64,000 nucleotides of DNA, taken from assembly GCA_964388155.1 (NCBI GenBank), contig CAYLYH010000001.1:60331-124330 (forward strand), read 5' to 3'. How positions within the stretch are numbered: position 1 is the stretch's first letter; every line of letters begins with the position of its first letter. A program made the translations under genes and the position numbers. Below the pieces are notes generated by a model, which worked only from the letters and a program-made list of their open reading frames with translations, was not told the origin of the DNA and made no database searches. Below are positions 1-10,683 of this stretch, piece by piece. The stretch is from an uncultured bacterium. Lineage in GTDB: Bacteria > Fidelibacterota > Marinisomatia > Marinisomatales > JACNKV01.

Positions 1-1101
1 TTTTGAGATATCATACAAGTCCTCAAATAACTTTTTCTCATCTCTAGATAGATTATCAGGAGTTTTAATCTGTATTCGTACAAGTTGGTCACCTCGCTGG
101 CTTCCGCGAAGTTTTGGATATCCTTTTCCTCTCATACGAAGAATTTGCCCGGATTGTATTCCTTTGGGGATGGATAATTTAGCTTTTCCTTCAATGGTAG
201 GAATTTCAATCGAGTCACCTAACGCAGCTTGAGAAAACGAGATAACGGTTTCAATAAATACATCTTCTCCGTGTCGAGTAAAATATGAATGGTCTTTTTC
301 TTCAATAAAGACTAACAAGTCTCCGGGGTGAACTCCTTTGCCTCCTTTATTTCCTTGACCTTCTAATGTCATGTAATTTCCCGGGGCGACACCTTTGGGT
401 ACTTTTATCGTAATATTTGCAGATTTCCGAGTAATACCGTTTCCGTTACAATCTCTACATGGATTTTCAATGATGGTTCCTTCCCCATGGCAAACAGGGC
501 ATTCACTCACGACGACAGATTGCCCAAAAAATGTTTGTGTTGCACGACGAACTTGTCCACTTCCTCCACAGTGCCTGCAGCGAGAAGGTGATGCTCCTTC
601 TCTTGCACCGCTACCTTGACAGGTGGTACAAGTCTCATTCCGGCGAATTCGAATTTGCTTTTCGGTACCATTCAAAATATCTATCGGTTCTAATTTTATC
701 GAAACACGTAAATCCTTCGCTTTTCTGGCGTATCCCCTCGACCGTGATCCTCCTCCGCCAAAGATGTCCTGAAATGGATTATGTCCACCAAAGATATCAC
801 CAAACTGATTAAAAATGTCATCCATAGACATATGTATACCGCCGCCAAATCCTTGTGCTCCGCCTCCTGCTGTATCCCCCATTCCGACACCTGCATGACC
901 AAATTGATCATACCGGGCTCGTTTCTGTTCATCACGTAAAATGGCGTAAGCTTCTGCGGCTTCTTTGAACTTTTGTTCGGCTTTTGTATCACCGGGATTT
1001 CTATCAGGGTGATGTTTCATCGCGATTTTTCGATACGCTTTTTTTATAGTATCTTTAGAATCACTCTTGTTGACCCCGATAATGTCATATAAATCTCTCA
1101 T
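1..1101 (-). CDS. dnaJ: Molecular chaperone DnaJ (C-terminal end runs off the window start)
   Basis: Not in the ORF track because it has no stop in the window. My translation from the ATG at 1101 gives MRDLYDIIGVNKSDSKDTIKKAYRKIAMKHHPDRNPGD (J domain with HPD), a Gly-rich linker (GGGAQGFGGG) and CxxCxGxG zinc-finger repeats (CTTCQGSG, CRHCGGSG). The frame stays open to position 1. Confidence 0.9.
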   Translation of the reverse strand, partial: MRDLYDIIGVNKSDSKDTIKKAYRKIAMKHHPDRNPGDTKAEQKFKEAAEAYAILRDEQKRARYDQFGHAGVGMGDTAGGGAQGFGGGIHMSMDDIFNQFGDIFGGHNPFQDIFGGGGSRSRGYARKAKDLRVSIKLEPIDILNGTEKQIRIRRNETCTTCQGSGAREGASPSRCRHCGGSGQVRRATQTFFGQSVVVSECPVCHGEGTIIENPCRDCNGNGITRKSANITIKVPKGVAPGNYMTLEGQGNKGGKGVHPGDLLVFIEEKDHSYFTRHGEDVFIETVISFSQAALGDSIEIPTIEGKAKLSIPKGIQSGQILRMRGKGYPKLRGSQRGDQLVRIQIKTPDNLSRDEKKLFEDLYDISK

Positions 1102-1652
1102 ATCTTATTCACTATCACCTTTGCATGCCTAAGCACGCGATCTTTATATCGGTAGCCTTTTTCAAAAACTTCAAGTATTTCTTCGTCATGCTTTCCTTCT
1201 TCAGTTTTTACCATCATTGCATTATGATATTCCGCGTCTAACATGTCTCCCGGTTCCCCAAAGGATTCGATATCAATCGCTTGAAGATATTTTTTTAGTT
1301 TTGACTGTATGAGCTCAACTCCCTTTTTTAATGATTCCCTACTCTCATCTTTGTGAGTGTCCCATGCCCCTATCATTCTTTCAAAATCGTCGAGGATTGG
1401 GAGTATTCCTTCTATGATATTTTCTCCTTCATATCTCAGCATTTTTTGAATCTCTTTTTCCTTACGGCGTCTAAAGTTATCAAACTCTGCTTTTAGACGT
1501 AAATGCTTATCTTCTAATGTCGCGTGAGCTAGTAATAATTCTTTAAGAAGTTTTGTGTCCTTTGAAGAATTTATTTTTTTGGGAACTTTTTTTGCGGCTT
1601 TTTTTACCGAAGTTTTTCGTTTTGTTATTTTATTTTTATTGTCAGCAGACAT
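1098..1652 (-). CDS. grpE: Nucleotide exchange factor GrpE
   Basis: 184 aa with a Lys-rich N-terminus, a coiled-coil segment (LRLKAEFDNFRRRKEKE) and a GrpE-like C-terminal domain. It overlaps the dnaJ start by 4 nt and sits between hrcA and dnaJ. Confidence 0.9.
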   Translation of the reverse strand: MSADNKNKITKRKTSVKKAAKKVPKKINSSKDTKLLKELLLAHATLEDKHLRLKAEFDNFRRRKEKEIQKMLRYEGENIIEGILPILDDFERMIGAWDTHKDESRESLKKGVELIQSKLKKYLQAIDIESFGEPGDMLDAEYHNAMMVKTEEGKHDEEILEVFEKGYRYKDRVLRHAKVIVNKI

Positions 1653-2673
1653 GAGGAATAATCTCCGAAAAATGTTCTAATATTGTTTTGATATTTTTAT
1701 AAGGAATCCTTGTGGGACCCAATACAGCTAATTGCCCTACAAGAAATTCGCTTTGAAAACCTGTAGATAAAACAGAAAATTGTTTAAAAGCGTTATCTGA
1801 ATTTTCTCTTCCAATAATCATGGTTTCTTTTGATTGATTGCCGTGGGACATTAACATTCGTTTAATTTTCTGTTTTTCCAACGTATGCAAGGTCGTCTTA
1901 ATGATGTCAATTTGTTGAAATTCAGGTTGCATCAACAAAAATTGGTTCGACGAAGTAAAAATAAGATTATTGGCGGGGAGAGTGAAATACTCTTCCGGTT
2001 GACGAATTAATATTTGAACAATCTCATGGTTATAAATCGTGGTATCATAGAGACGCTCTCTTGCAGTCGCTTGTATTTCTTCCAACGTATGTCCGGTTAA
2101 TTGTTCATTTAGAATCTGGTTAATGTAACGCAAATCATCTTGTCGTATGCTGATTTTCAGATTAAAAACCATTGATCGGACAATTCCTGACTCCATAGCG
2201 AGGACAACCATAATTCGGTCAGATGATAAGGAAATAAACTCTATATCTTTTAAAATCCCACGTTGAACTTGCGAGACGAGTACAACACCAAAAAATTGAC
2301 TGGCTTTGGCTAACATCGTTGCAGTTGCCTGCATAAGATCTTCGATATTAGCAGAGAGAGTTTTTAATACGGATGACCATTCTTCCACATCCACAAGATT
2401 AGATGAAGACGTATCCATCAGACAATCCACATAATATCGATAACCAAGATCTGTTGGTACTCGTCCGGAAGATGTATGCGGCTGCATAATCAAACCCTTT
2501 GATTCCAAAGCAGAGAGAGTGTTACGAATTGTTGCAGGACTAATATTAAAACGATGGTGTTTCTTAAGATATGATGAGCCGATGGGTCGGTTTGTAACAA
2601 TAAATTCCTCAACAGTTAATTTGAGTATCGCAGTCTCTCTCTCAGTCAAATGGATGTTTTTATTATGAATCAT
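1642..2673 (-). CDS. hrcA: Heat-inducible transcriptional repressor HrcA
   Basis: 343 aa with an N-terminal winged-helix region (LTERETAILKLTVEEFIVTNRPIGSSYLKK...SPATIRNTLSALESKGLI.QPHTSSGRVPTDLGYRYYVD), typical of HrcA. It is the first gene of the hrcA-grpE-dnaJ string. Confidence 0.9.
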   Translation of the reverse strand: MIHNKNIHLTERETAILKLTVEEFIVTNRPIGSSYLKKHHRFNISPATIRNTLSALESKGLIMQPHTSSGRVPTDLGYRYYVDCLMDTSSSNLVDVEEWSSVLKTLSANIEDLMQATATMLAKASQFFGVVLVSQVQRGILKDIEFISLSSDRIMVVLAMESGIVRSMVFNLKISIRQDDLRYINQILNEQLTGHTLEEIQATARERLYDTTIYNHEIVQILIRQPEEYFTLPANNLIFTSSNQFLLMQPEFQQIDIIKTTLHTLEKQKIKRMLMSHGNQSKETMIIGRENSDNAFKQFSVLSTGFQSEFLVGQLAVLGPTRIPYKNIKTILEHFSEIIPHVC

Positions 2674-2761
2674 AGTGTAAAAATTAATTCGTTTATTTTT
2701 TCAATGTCAATAATTGAATGCGTGTATTTTATCCTTTGGAGATTATTTTCCAAGATCAATT

Positions 2762-3625
2762 TCAAATAATCTTAGAAACGGCTCTGTAACTGCCAATCAA
2801 AGAAATTACTACAGATATCCCGATAAGCCAAAATGTCGTGGTGTGTTGATAATTAATTTGGAAAGTAAGAATCTTATTTATATAAAGGTTTCCGGCATGA
2901 ACTAATCCAATTAGTGTTCCTGTGGCAAGCAGGGCTCCAAATAATCCATGGAACATTCCTTCTAATAGAAACGGTGTTTTAATAAACAGATTAGTTGCTC
3001 CAATTAATTTTAATGTTTTAATCATTTCCCTTCTTGCATAGATCGTAAGCCGTATTGTGCTTGAAATAATAAAAATTGTAATTACGATTATAACACCTGC
3101 TACAATAATAAATGCATTTAAAAACTTTTGATAAAATCGTTCTATTCTCTGAATAAGTCTTCCTTGATATTTTACGGTATCAATTCCGGATATATTATTA
3201 ATGGATCGTATAATAGGTGCAACACTGAATTCTTCTTGACCTGTATCAATGATATTCACGACAGTGCTGGAGGGGAGAGGATTGTACCCTAACATTTCAT
3301 GAATATCTTCACCAAACTGGTCTTTAAAAATTTTAATCGCATCATTGGAAGAAATATATGTGGCATTACGTACCCCTGAAATATTTCGAATTTTATTCAG
3401 AATCATTTTTGATTCTTTGTCACTAATTCCCTTTTCAAAAAATACTTCGATTTTATATTTTGAGCGCAAATATTTAATGAGAGAATTCGAATTATCAATC
3501 GTGATAAACAAGCTGCCAATAATCATAAGGGTTAAAAACACAGAAAATACCGATGTAAATACCGTCAGCTTGTGCCGCCATATATTTTTCAAACCTTCAA
3601 GGATTAAAAACGCTAATTTATTCAT
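2762..3625 (-). CDS. ftsX: Cell-division ABC transporter permease FtsX-like
   Basis: 287 aa with an N-terminal TM helix, a periplasmic loop and three C-terminal TM helices. The start overlaps the stop of the preceding ABC ATPase gene. Confidence 0.8.
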   Translation of the reverse strand: MNKLAFLILEGLKNIWRHKLTVFTSVFSVFLTLMIIGSLFITIDNSNSLIKYLRSKYKIEVFFEKGISDKESKMILNKIRNISGVRNATYISSNDAIKIFKDQFGEDIHEMLGYNPLPSSTVVNIIDTGQEEFSVAPIIRSINNISGIDTVKYQGRLIQRIERFYQKFLNAFIIVAGVIIVITIFIISSTIRLTIYARREMIKTLKLIGATNLFIKTPFLLEGMFHGLFGALLATGTLIGLVHAGNLYINKILTFQINYQHTTTFWLIGISVVISLIGSYRAVSKII

Positions 3626-4278
3626 TGTCCGTTTCTTAACTTCCCTTCATGAATTTCCATAATTCGGTGCCCACGACCTTTGATTAAGTTGTAATTATGG
3701 GATGCCATAAAGATTGACGTTCCCTCCTGATTTATTTTCTCTAAGAGTTTAATCAGTTCAAAAGCAGCTAGGGGATCTAAATTCCCGGTAGGCTCATCTG
3801 CCAAAATAATTTCCGGCTCTTTTATAAGAGCACGCGCCAAACAAGCGCGTTGTTGCTCACCACCGGAAAGTTCATTCGGTTTTCGGTCTTCTTTCCCTTC
3901 AAGACCAACTTCGTACAAAACATCCATAACCCGATCTTCCAGTTCAGCGCTGTCAGTTCCAACGATGTGCAGTGCCAACGCCACGTTATCGAAAAGTGTT
4001 CGATCCGTGAGGAGGTGATAATCCTGAAATACCATCCCTATATTTCTTCTCAGGTGTGGAATTTTTCTATGTTTTATTTTATTCGAATGATACCCATTTA
4101 CTGTGACAATACCGGACTCAGGGAATAAATCCATGTAGATTAATCGCATAATGGTCGTCTTGCCAGAGCCCGTGGGACCAATTAAAAATGCGAATTCCCC
4201 ATCATTAATTTGAAGATCAGCATTGTAAATACCGCTTTCACGATTATGGGAATAGGAGACGTTTTTGAATGAAATCAT
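3622..4278 (-). CDS. ftsE: Cell-division ABC transporter ATP-binding protein FtsE
   Basis: 218 aa with Walker A (GPTGSGKTT), ABC signature (LSGGEQQR) and Walker B (ILADEPTGNLD). It is paired with the ftsX-like gene. Confidence 0.85.
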   Translation of the reverse strand: MISFKNVSYSHNRESGIYNADLQINDGEFAFLIGPTGSGKTTIMRLIYMDLFPESGIVTVNGYHSNKIKHRKIPHLRRNIGMVFQDYHLLTDRTLFDNVALALHIVGTDSAELEDRVMDVLYEVGLEGKEDRKPNELSGGEQQRACLARALIKEPEIILADEPTGNLDPLAAFELIKLLEKINQEGTSIFMASHNYNLIKGRGHRIMEIHEGKLRNGQ

Positions 4279-4387
4279 GGTTAGAAATTACCGACAATAT
4301 GCCATGGATTCAATCACATAGGCAAATTATTATATCGTCGTTTTTTTTTCATATTTTTTAATTATACAGCTTGAGAAATGAAAAAGA

Positions 4388-5308
4388 TCAATGGAATAAC
4401 AGAAGTATGAATAAAACATAGCCGGTAATTAATCCGATAGAACTTATTCTGGAGATTGGTTGCTTCATTAATCCCAATGGAATCAAAACAAGGCCATATC
4501 CAACCATAAATGGGATTTCGAGATTAAGTATATTCGTTGGTGAATCTAATGGATGAATTATTGCAACAATTCCGAGTACAGATAAAATATTGAATAAATT
4601 TGACCCTACAATATTCCCGACCGAAATCGCACTTTCTTTGCGAAATGCAGCAATCACAGAAGTGGCCAATTCCGGAAGAGAAGTCCCGAACGCAACCACA
4701 CTCATTCCAATGACAGCCTTACTTACACCTAGCTTTGTAGCAATACCAATCGCACCTTCCACAAAATAATTCGAACCAAAATATAACGCAATACACCCAA
4801 GGAAAAAGATAGCCAATACGATTTTCATGGATGAAGTTGTGCTTTCGACAGATTCCACTCTCCCTGATGGATGTGAAATACACATCCAAGTATAGGCAAC
4901 GATGCCTACAAAAAGGATAACACCCTCTCCACGTGAAATCAATCCATTCATGATGAAATATATAAAAATAACGGTTACCCCCAGATAGATGAATAGATCC
5001 CTGCGGGAACGCTCAAAATGTATCGTTACCGGAAATATCAATGAACTTAATCCAAGCACCAATCCAACATTTGCGACGTTAGAACCGATGACATTGCCGA
5101 TAGCAATGGTAGATGACCCGGAAATTGCAGCTTTAAGACTCACGACAAGTTCAGGAAGTGATGTCCCAAAAGCAACGACTGTCAACCCTACGACAAGTGG
5201 AGATAATCTGAATTTTTCAGCAAGTGAAACAGAACTTTTTACAATCCATTCTGCTCCATAATACAGAAGAATCGTCCCGATTGTTAAATAAAAAAGACTA
5301 CCCAACAT
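4388..5308 (-). CDS. Ca2+/Na+ antiporter, CaCA (YrbG-like) family
   Basis: 306 aa polytopic membrane protein with two alpha-repeat motifs (GTSLPELVVS...GNVIGSNVAN and GTSLPELATS...GNIVGSNLFN). Confidence 0.8.
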   Translation of the reverse strand: MLGSLFYLTIGTILLYYGAEWIVKSSVSLAEKFRLSPLVVGLTVVAFGTSLPELVVSLKAAISGSSTIAIGNVIGSNVANVGLVLGLSSLIFPVTIHFERSRRDLFIYLGVTVIFIYFIMNGLISRGEGVILFVGIVAYTWMCISHPSGRVESVESTTSSMKIVLAIFFLGCIALYFGSNYFVEGAIGIATKLGVSKAVIGMSVVAFGTSLPELATSVIAAFRKESAISVGNIVGSNLFNILSVLGIVAIIHPLDSPTNILNLEIPFMVGYGLVLIPLGLMKQPISRISSIGLITGYVLFILLLFH

Positions 5309-5894
5309 CAGGGATATATAAATTGTAATTGTTGATATATTCCCAGACAGGCTGTGTCACCATATACCGGATGGTTTTGTTTTCCCGCCAGCGATTTCGA
5401 ATGTTCGTTGATGAGATTTCGAATCGTGGTATGTTAGCAAATTGAATATGATGGAGTATCCATCCTGGAATAGCACTGGGTTTAAATCCCGGGCGAATGG
5501 CAACAATGACCTTACATTCTTTTAAAATTGTTTTAGGATCTTTCCATGTATGAAAATCCATTAGCGTATCGCTCCCGATAAGGAAGTAAATATTGTTTTT
5601 TTCTATTTTATATTTCTTTTTAACCGCTTTGATTGTGTCAATTGAGTAAGATACTCCTCCCCTTTCTATCTCTATATCGCATAATTCAAAATGCGGATTT
5701 TCAGTAATAGCAGATCTCAACATACTCACACGATGATTGACCGGCGTAATGTTCTTGTCATTTTTATGCGGCGGTGCATTTGCAGGGATGAAAAGAATTT
5801 TTTCAAAATTCTCCGCTTCACAAATAGTTTGAGCAATTAATAAATGTCCAACGTGGGGTGGATCAAATGTTCCGCCAAACAGACATATCTTCAT
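5298..5894 (-). CDS. nadD: Nicotinate-nucleotide adenylyltransferase
   Basis: 198 aa with the N-terminal GGTFDPPHVGH nucleotidyltransferase motif and a C-terminal ISST..R motif. Confidence 0.9.
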   Translation of the reverse strand: MKICLFGGTFDPPHVGHLLIAQTICEAENFEKILFIPANAPPHKNDKNITPVNHRVSMLRSAITENPHFELCDIEIERGGVSYSIDTIKAVKKKYKIEKNNIYFLIGSDTLMDFHTWKDPKTILKECKVIVAIRPGFKPSAIPGWILHHIQFANIPRFEISSTNIRNRWRENKTIRYMVTQPVWEYINNYNLYIPDVG

Positions 5895-6646
5895 TTTGAT
5901 TTCCTGCTTAGTTCGTTTTCAGTCTCAGATAAAAGTGCTTCTAATTGCTTTTGGCTCTTCGTCGTGAGTTGATTACGAATTGAATCAAAATAGTCTTTGG
6001 CGGAAGAAATATCGGATAACTTACAATAGGATTCTACAATTTTCACTTGGGTTTCCTCTACCAGCGATGTATCATAATATTTAGACAGGATTTCTTCAAA
6101 GGCAAGAATGGCGGAATCAAATGCACCAAGTTTAATATACAATACTCCGGTTTCATATACTTTATTCCCCAGTTTTTCACGTAAATCCATAATTGTTTTC
6201 TGAGCTGAATGACGGAATTCCGAATCGGGATAATCCTCCATAAACTCCTGAAGTTTATCAATTGCACTTTCGGTGTAAGACTGATCATGAAAATATTTTG
6301 GTGATTCATATACATAAGATTTACAAATGCGCCATCTTGCTTTTTCTACATACGGACTGAACCCCATCCTTCTGGTTAATCGGTCAAACTCTGAGATAGC
6401 CAACAAATATTCATCGTTTAGAAAATAGGATTCTCCGAGATAAAACAAAACATCATCACCTAAATCGGTATGAGATGCTTTTAATACTAACGATTGAAAT
6501 ACCTCTTGAGCCTTTAAATACTTTTCCTTCTCCAACAAGGTTTTTCCATAGTCAAATTGTGCGGGGAAATCATCATCTTTTGGACGGTTCCCGGCGCATC
6601 CAAATATGAAAATACTTATTAGCCCGATTAAAATTACTTTTTTCAT
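5891..6646 (-). CDS. bamD: Outer-membrane assembly lipoprotein, BamD/YfiO-like (TPR)
   Basis: 251 aa with a lipoprotein signal (LISIFIFGC) followed by TPR-like repeats. Size and layout match BamD. Confidence 0.7.
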   Translation of the reverse strand: MKKVILIGLISIFIFGCAGNRPKDDDFPAQFDYGKTLLEKEKYLKAQEVFQSLVLKASHTDLGDDVLFYLGESYFLNDEYLLAISEFDRLTRRMGFSPYVEKARWRICKSYVYESPKYFHDQSYTESAIDKLQEFMEDYPDSEFRHSAQKTIMDLREKLGNKVYETGVLYIKLGAFDSAILAFEEILSKYYDTSLVEETQVKIVESYCKLSDISSAKDYFDSIRNQLTTKSQKQLEALLSETENELSRKSK

Positions 6647-6798
6647 TGAATTTCCCTTTATTGAGTATTACTAAATAAGTCTGGACAGATATGCGAAATT
6701 TAAGTCCACACATTAAATAAAGCTATTTACCATTCGCGTGTTTACCTCCCTTATTTATTGCGGGGATAATTCGCTTATTTGGCTGTTTCGGAAGTATA

Positions 6799-7713
6799 TT
6801 ACCATATCATTGAAAAAGAGATACCACCAATTCCATAAGGTGCTGATTTATTGTACATTAATCCAACTGATGTATCGTATTCATTTTCTTTCTTATTCTT
6901 TCCCGCTGTCCAAACAGCTTCCAACCCACTAATAACATGGTTAAACATAATCGCACTCACGGCATACGTTGCCATATTTAAATAGGTATTTGCTTCATAT
7001 CTTTGATTAAGATAGTCTTCTTTATGCTTTGTCATCACAACAATTTTCTGGCCATCTTCAATTTCTTTATTTTCCTTCCACCATAGTGCATATGTAGAGT
7101 CACCGGTGGTTTCCCATGTATCATCCCAGCCGGCGACGAATTTATCATATTTCCCGATATTTTCATAAAAGTCTCTATTACGCAATACGGTAGCGTCCTC
7201 TAATAATCCTAATCCATCCAGAGTCCCAAGTGTGTCCGATGAATAATAGATTCCATCATAAATGATAGTTAGGTCGTGAGATCCACCTCTAATGCTTATA
7301 TCTCTCAAGGACGTATCCAATATAGCCTCAGCTTCGAATAAGGCTGTGCCCGTAACCCAGTTCTCTAAATTCCAGTAATCATCTGCAAAGGCTTCATAGT
7401 TTATTCGTAAGTCTTCCGCTTTTTGGTTCCACTGCCACCATCCGACGATTCCAGCAATTTCAATTCCCGCAAAAAGTGTAGGTTTCCACCAATTATCTTT
7501 GTTATACACCTGCCCCCACCCGGGGACGACTAATGAACGAATCATTGCCTGTGCAGGATAGGATTTTTCTTTTTCATTCGTCGAATCTTCATCAGTATTT
7601 GCAAAATATGAAATGTCATAGTTGTTTTCTTCAAAACGATTGTCATAAGACGATAGAACATCTTTTCCAAAACCAAAAGATATAATTAGAATTATGCTAA
7701 AAAGTATTTTCAT
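6799..7713 (-). CDS. Hypothetical secreted/membrane protein with a DUF5683-like motif
   Basis: 304 aa with a signal peptide and the motif RSLVVPGWGQVYNKDNWWKPTLFAG, which resembles the DUF5683 core (PG.GQ.YN). The rest is unassigned. Confidence 0.45.
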   Translation of the reverse strand: MKILFSIILIISFGFGKDVLSSYDNRFEENNYDISYFANTDEDSTNEKEKSYPAQAMIRSLVVPGWGQVYNKDNWWKPTLFAGIEIAGIVGWWQWNQKAEDLRINYEAFADDYWNLENWVTGTALFEAEAILDTSLRDISIRGGSHDLTIIYDGIYYSSDTLGTLDGLGLLEDATVLRNRDFYENIGKYDKFVAGWDDTWETTGDSTYALWWKENKEIEDGQKIVVMTKHKEDYLNQRYEANTYLNMATYAVSAIMFNHVISGLEAVWTAGKNKKENEYDTSVGLMYNKSAPYGIGGISFSMIW

Positions 7714-7740
7714 TGTTTTCTCCTTCGTGATTCAATATTT

Positions 7741-10683
7741 TCAAAAACCAAACAGGGCTGTAAAATACCAGCGTATCTCTTCGCCGTAGTTAATATTCTT
7801 TTCTTCAAATTTATCTAAGCCATAATGGGCTTCAATGCCAATTGCAGTGGGGTAATTATAAAATGAAAAACCATTTAAACGCCATTGAATTCCTACACTT
7901 TTTTTCCAGTCAGGAATTGTCGTTGTCCACGCATCTCCTGCTTGTGCAATGAATCCAAGTACACTATTCTGCACGATAAACCAGCCCAAAGCGTAATGCT
8001 GTTCCCGAAATAACGGGATTCGAAAATCTAACTCCACGATGGCTTTATTTGTTCCCTCGATACTGTAAAAAGAGTACCCTTTAATTCCGTCCATTCCACC
8101 CGCAAAATAATTGAAGAATGAATCTACTTTTGTTGTCGTAATCCATCCTAAATCAGTGTGTGCGGAAAGACACAACCGATTTGTATGTGGGATTTCCCAG
8201 TGATAGGAGCCTTTCAGTTCAGCACGACCAAGATCATTTTGTTTAAATTGTTCAATGAGCGTACCAGCCTCAGAGAAATCAAGTCCATCTATAAAATCAT
8301 TATTTTCGTAGGCAATGTTCATATCTATGGCATAACCGTTAGAGGGATTTATGTTTCCATCTGCTCTAGATTTTGAGGCTGAAGTCTTCCAATTTACTCC
8401 CGTAACAACGCCTCTGTAATAATCATAAGCTGCACCACCTTGCATCAGTCCATTAGATGTCATAATATTTTGCTTCACGTGTGCTCGGTATCGTTGCCAA
8501 AGCGTATATATTTCTAAAGAGTGCATTCCAAGAATCGGAAATCTAATGCCACTCTTAAATGCCAGCATCCTGAATTTTAGATTATCATCGATGAGATACA
8601 CATCTCTCCAATTAAATGAATCTGTTTTGTTTCGGGTTAAATAAAACACCTGTGCAAATAATGTTGGATAAAATCTTTTGAATTCAAAAAGGAAAAATAA
8701 GTCCAGATCCTTCATTGTATTCAAAGATGCACCGCCAAATACTGATAATCTCTGAAGAATTTCACTAGAATAAAAGTAGAATCCGGGTTTAAGGGTTCCG
8801 TAATCTACCATGAGTTTTGGCATGATGAACATCGGAGGAAAGGCATCTTGATATGAAGAGGCGACTGTAGAGTCCTTTGTGCCGATATGTTGGGAAAGAT
8901 ATTTATTCCTTACATAATAATCCGGTGAATAGCCGACATCCGCGGTATTTACAAATTGTTGAGAATCCAACAATGCGATTGAATATCTTCCATTGTCATA
9001 TAAAGAATAAATTACCTGACCGCTCTCATTAACGTCCGACATAAATGCACCACCGGTAACATTTGTAAGATACCCTTGTTCTTTCGTCTCTCTATTTATA
9101 GAATATAAATTAAAGACCCCACTGCGATCATCGCTGTAAATTATCGTTTCAGCGGAGCTAAAAGAAGGGTCTCTCTCATCCCATTCAGAGTTAGAACAAA
9201 TATCTGCTTCATTAAAATCGCCTATCAATATTTGAGAAATATTTCGAAAATGATTGAGAGTATAATCAATAATAATATGGTTCGTATTTTGATTATACTC
9301 AAGTGAATGCAATATGCGATGATCCTTATAATCTGTAACTTGCGTAATTATCTTAGAGTATAAGTTTAAAGTAAAAACATTTTGAATTCCACCTTCTGTT
9401 GCAAGATATGCTATGCTGCTATCGGGTGTAATAAAGACAGGAGAAAATGCACGAGTTTCTTCTGTTAATCTATCTTCTTCTTCACTTTCGAAATCATATT
9501 CATACAGATCGAAGTATTTTGATCCGTGTTTATTTGGGAATGTTGGTTTTTTTGAAAAGTAAATTACTTCACCTGAAGGGTTCCAGGTTGCGGCACTTTT
9601 TACACCGGAGGATATTTTTTCTTCTTTTTCCGTTGTCAAATCGTAAACATACAAATCTGTTTGACCGAAATAATCATTTTCCTGATTGGAAATGAAAGCG
9701 AATTGGTTTCCGTCTGGTGACCATATCGGGTGTAAATTGGTCGTACCTTTCTTAAGTAAGACTTTTCCTTCACGACGATTAGTTTTGATCGACTCTGTTA
9801 ATTTTTCGTAATACTGTTCTAATGTGCGCTGGAAATCGTTGTAGAATTCATCTCCGGCAATACCAATACTTCGCTTTATCGCATTGCCAATCGAAAATTG
9901 AAACGAAGAAGATAATTCATCCATAATCATTTTTAATTTATCCGCTCCATATTTTTCGGCAATAAATCGGCACATCGCATATCCGGCATTATAGGTGGAT
10001 TCATTCCCGATTCCCATTTTACCAAAGGTGTTCATCTCGGTAAATGTGAGCAGATTATTATGCAAAACTCTGTCGCGGAGTATCATATCTCTGTGCGTAT
10101 CCCAATTATCAAAATCTGCACCTTCATACATATATTGTGCCGTTCCTTCCGCTAGCCATGGAGGTACAACCGTTCCCGGAATCGGATAGCTGACTAATGT
10201 GTTTGGATATCCGTACAAAACGTCTTTTCGTTTCTCCTTTTCGTACCCCATCCACTGTAAATATGCCCCGGGTATTTTTATCCCGGATTTCATGGCGGTT
10301 TGGATTGAAACAATATGTGTAAACTCGTGGGTAATAACATTTTGCAGCCAACGATGACTGCCTCGGAGTTCAAAATCCAATGGGGATGTCCAAATATATA
10401 TTTTATTATCATAGTAGTATGCAGCGCCATTGGAAATATCATCCGTATCTATAAAAATAATATGTGTTTTAGACGGCGGCTCATATTGATATAATTGGGT
10501 GACATGAGGGTAAATCTTTTCGGCTACCGTAGCTCCTTCTCTTGCGGATAATTCCGTCTGATCGTAAAAGTGGATCATAAAATGATCCGTTTCAATTGTC
10601 TGCCAATCAAGCTCAGGGTGATTATAATCTACCTGAGCAAACCCAAAGGAAATTAGAAATAATAAGAGGAAAATACGCATCAA
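7741..10683 (-). CDS. Large outer-membrane-associated protein: HExxH metallopeptidase-like domain + TolB-like beta-propeller + C-terminal beta-barrel
   Basis: 980 aa with a signal peptide, an HExxH motif (VITHEFTHIV), WD40/TolB-like segments (WSPDGNQFAFISN, DLYVYDL) and a C-terminal alternating-hydrophobic region ending in ...YFTALFGF (terminal Phe, as in OMPs). The start overlaps the upstream gene by 4 nt. Confidence 0.6.
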   Translation of the reverse strand: MMRIFLLLFLISFGFAQVDYNHPELDWQTIETDHFMIHFYDQTELSAREGATVAEKIYPHVTQLYQYEPPSKTHIIFIDTDDISNGAAYYYDNKIYIWTSPLDFELRGSHRWLQNVITHEFTHIVSIQTAMKSGIKIPGAYLQWMGYEKEKRKDVLYGYPNTLVSYPIPGTVVPPWLAEGTAQYMYEGADFDNWDTHRDMILRDRVLHNNLLTFTEMNTFGKMGIGNESTYNAGYAMCRFIAEKYGADKLKMIMDELSSSFQFSIGNAIKRSIGIAGDEFYNDFQRTLEQYYEKLTESIKTNRREGKVLLKKGTTNLHPIWSPDGNQFAFISNQENDYFGQTDLYVYDLTTEKEEKISSGVKSAATWNPSGEVIYFSKKPTFPNKHGSKYFDLYEYDFESEEEDRLTEETRAFSPVFITPDSSIAYLATEGGIQNVFTLNLYSKIITQVTDYKDHRILHSLEYNQNTNHIIIDYTLNHFRNISQILIGDFNEADICSNSEWDERDPSFSSAETIIYSDDRSGVFNLYSINRETKEQGYLTNVTGGAFMSDVNESGQVIYSLYDNGRYSIALLDSQQFVNTADVGYSPDYYVRNKYLSQHIGTKDSTVASSYQDAFPPMFIMPKLMVDYGTLKPGFYFYSSEILQRLSVFGGASLNTMKDLDLFFLFEFKRFYPTLFAQVFYLTRNKTDSFNWRDVYLIDDNLKFRMLAFKSGIRFPILGMHSLEIYTLWQRYRAHVKQNIMTSNGLMQGGAAYDYYRGVVTGVNWKTSASKSRADGNINPSNGYAIDMNIAYENNDFIDGLDFSEAGTLIEQFKQNDLGRAELKGSYHWEIPHTNRLCLSAHTDLGWITTTKVDSFFNYFAGGMDGIKGYSFYSIEGTNKAIVELDFRIPLFREQHYALGWFIVQNSVLGFIAQAGDAWTTTIPDWKKSVGIQWRLNGFSFYNYPTAIGIEAHYGLDKFEEKNINYGEEIRWYFTALFGF

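Noticed and set aside
2674-2761. Expected CIRCE operator (TTAGCACTC-N9-GAGTGCTAA) upstream of hrcA
   Set aside because: I found no match on either strand, only a weak TTGGA-n8-TCCAA repeat. CIRCE may sit at groESL or dnaK elsewhere. The absence of dnaK between grpE and dnaJ is, as far as I recall, not unusual in FCB-group genomes, so I do not flag it as notable.
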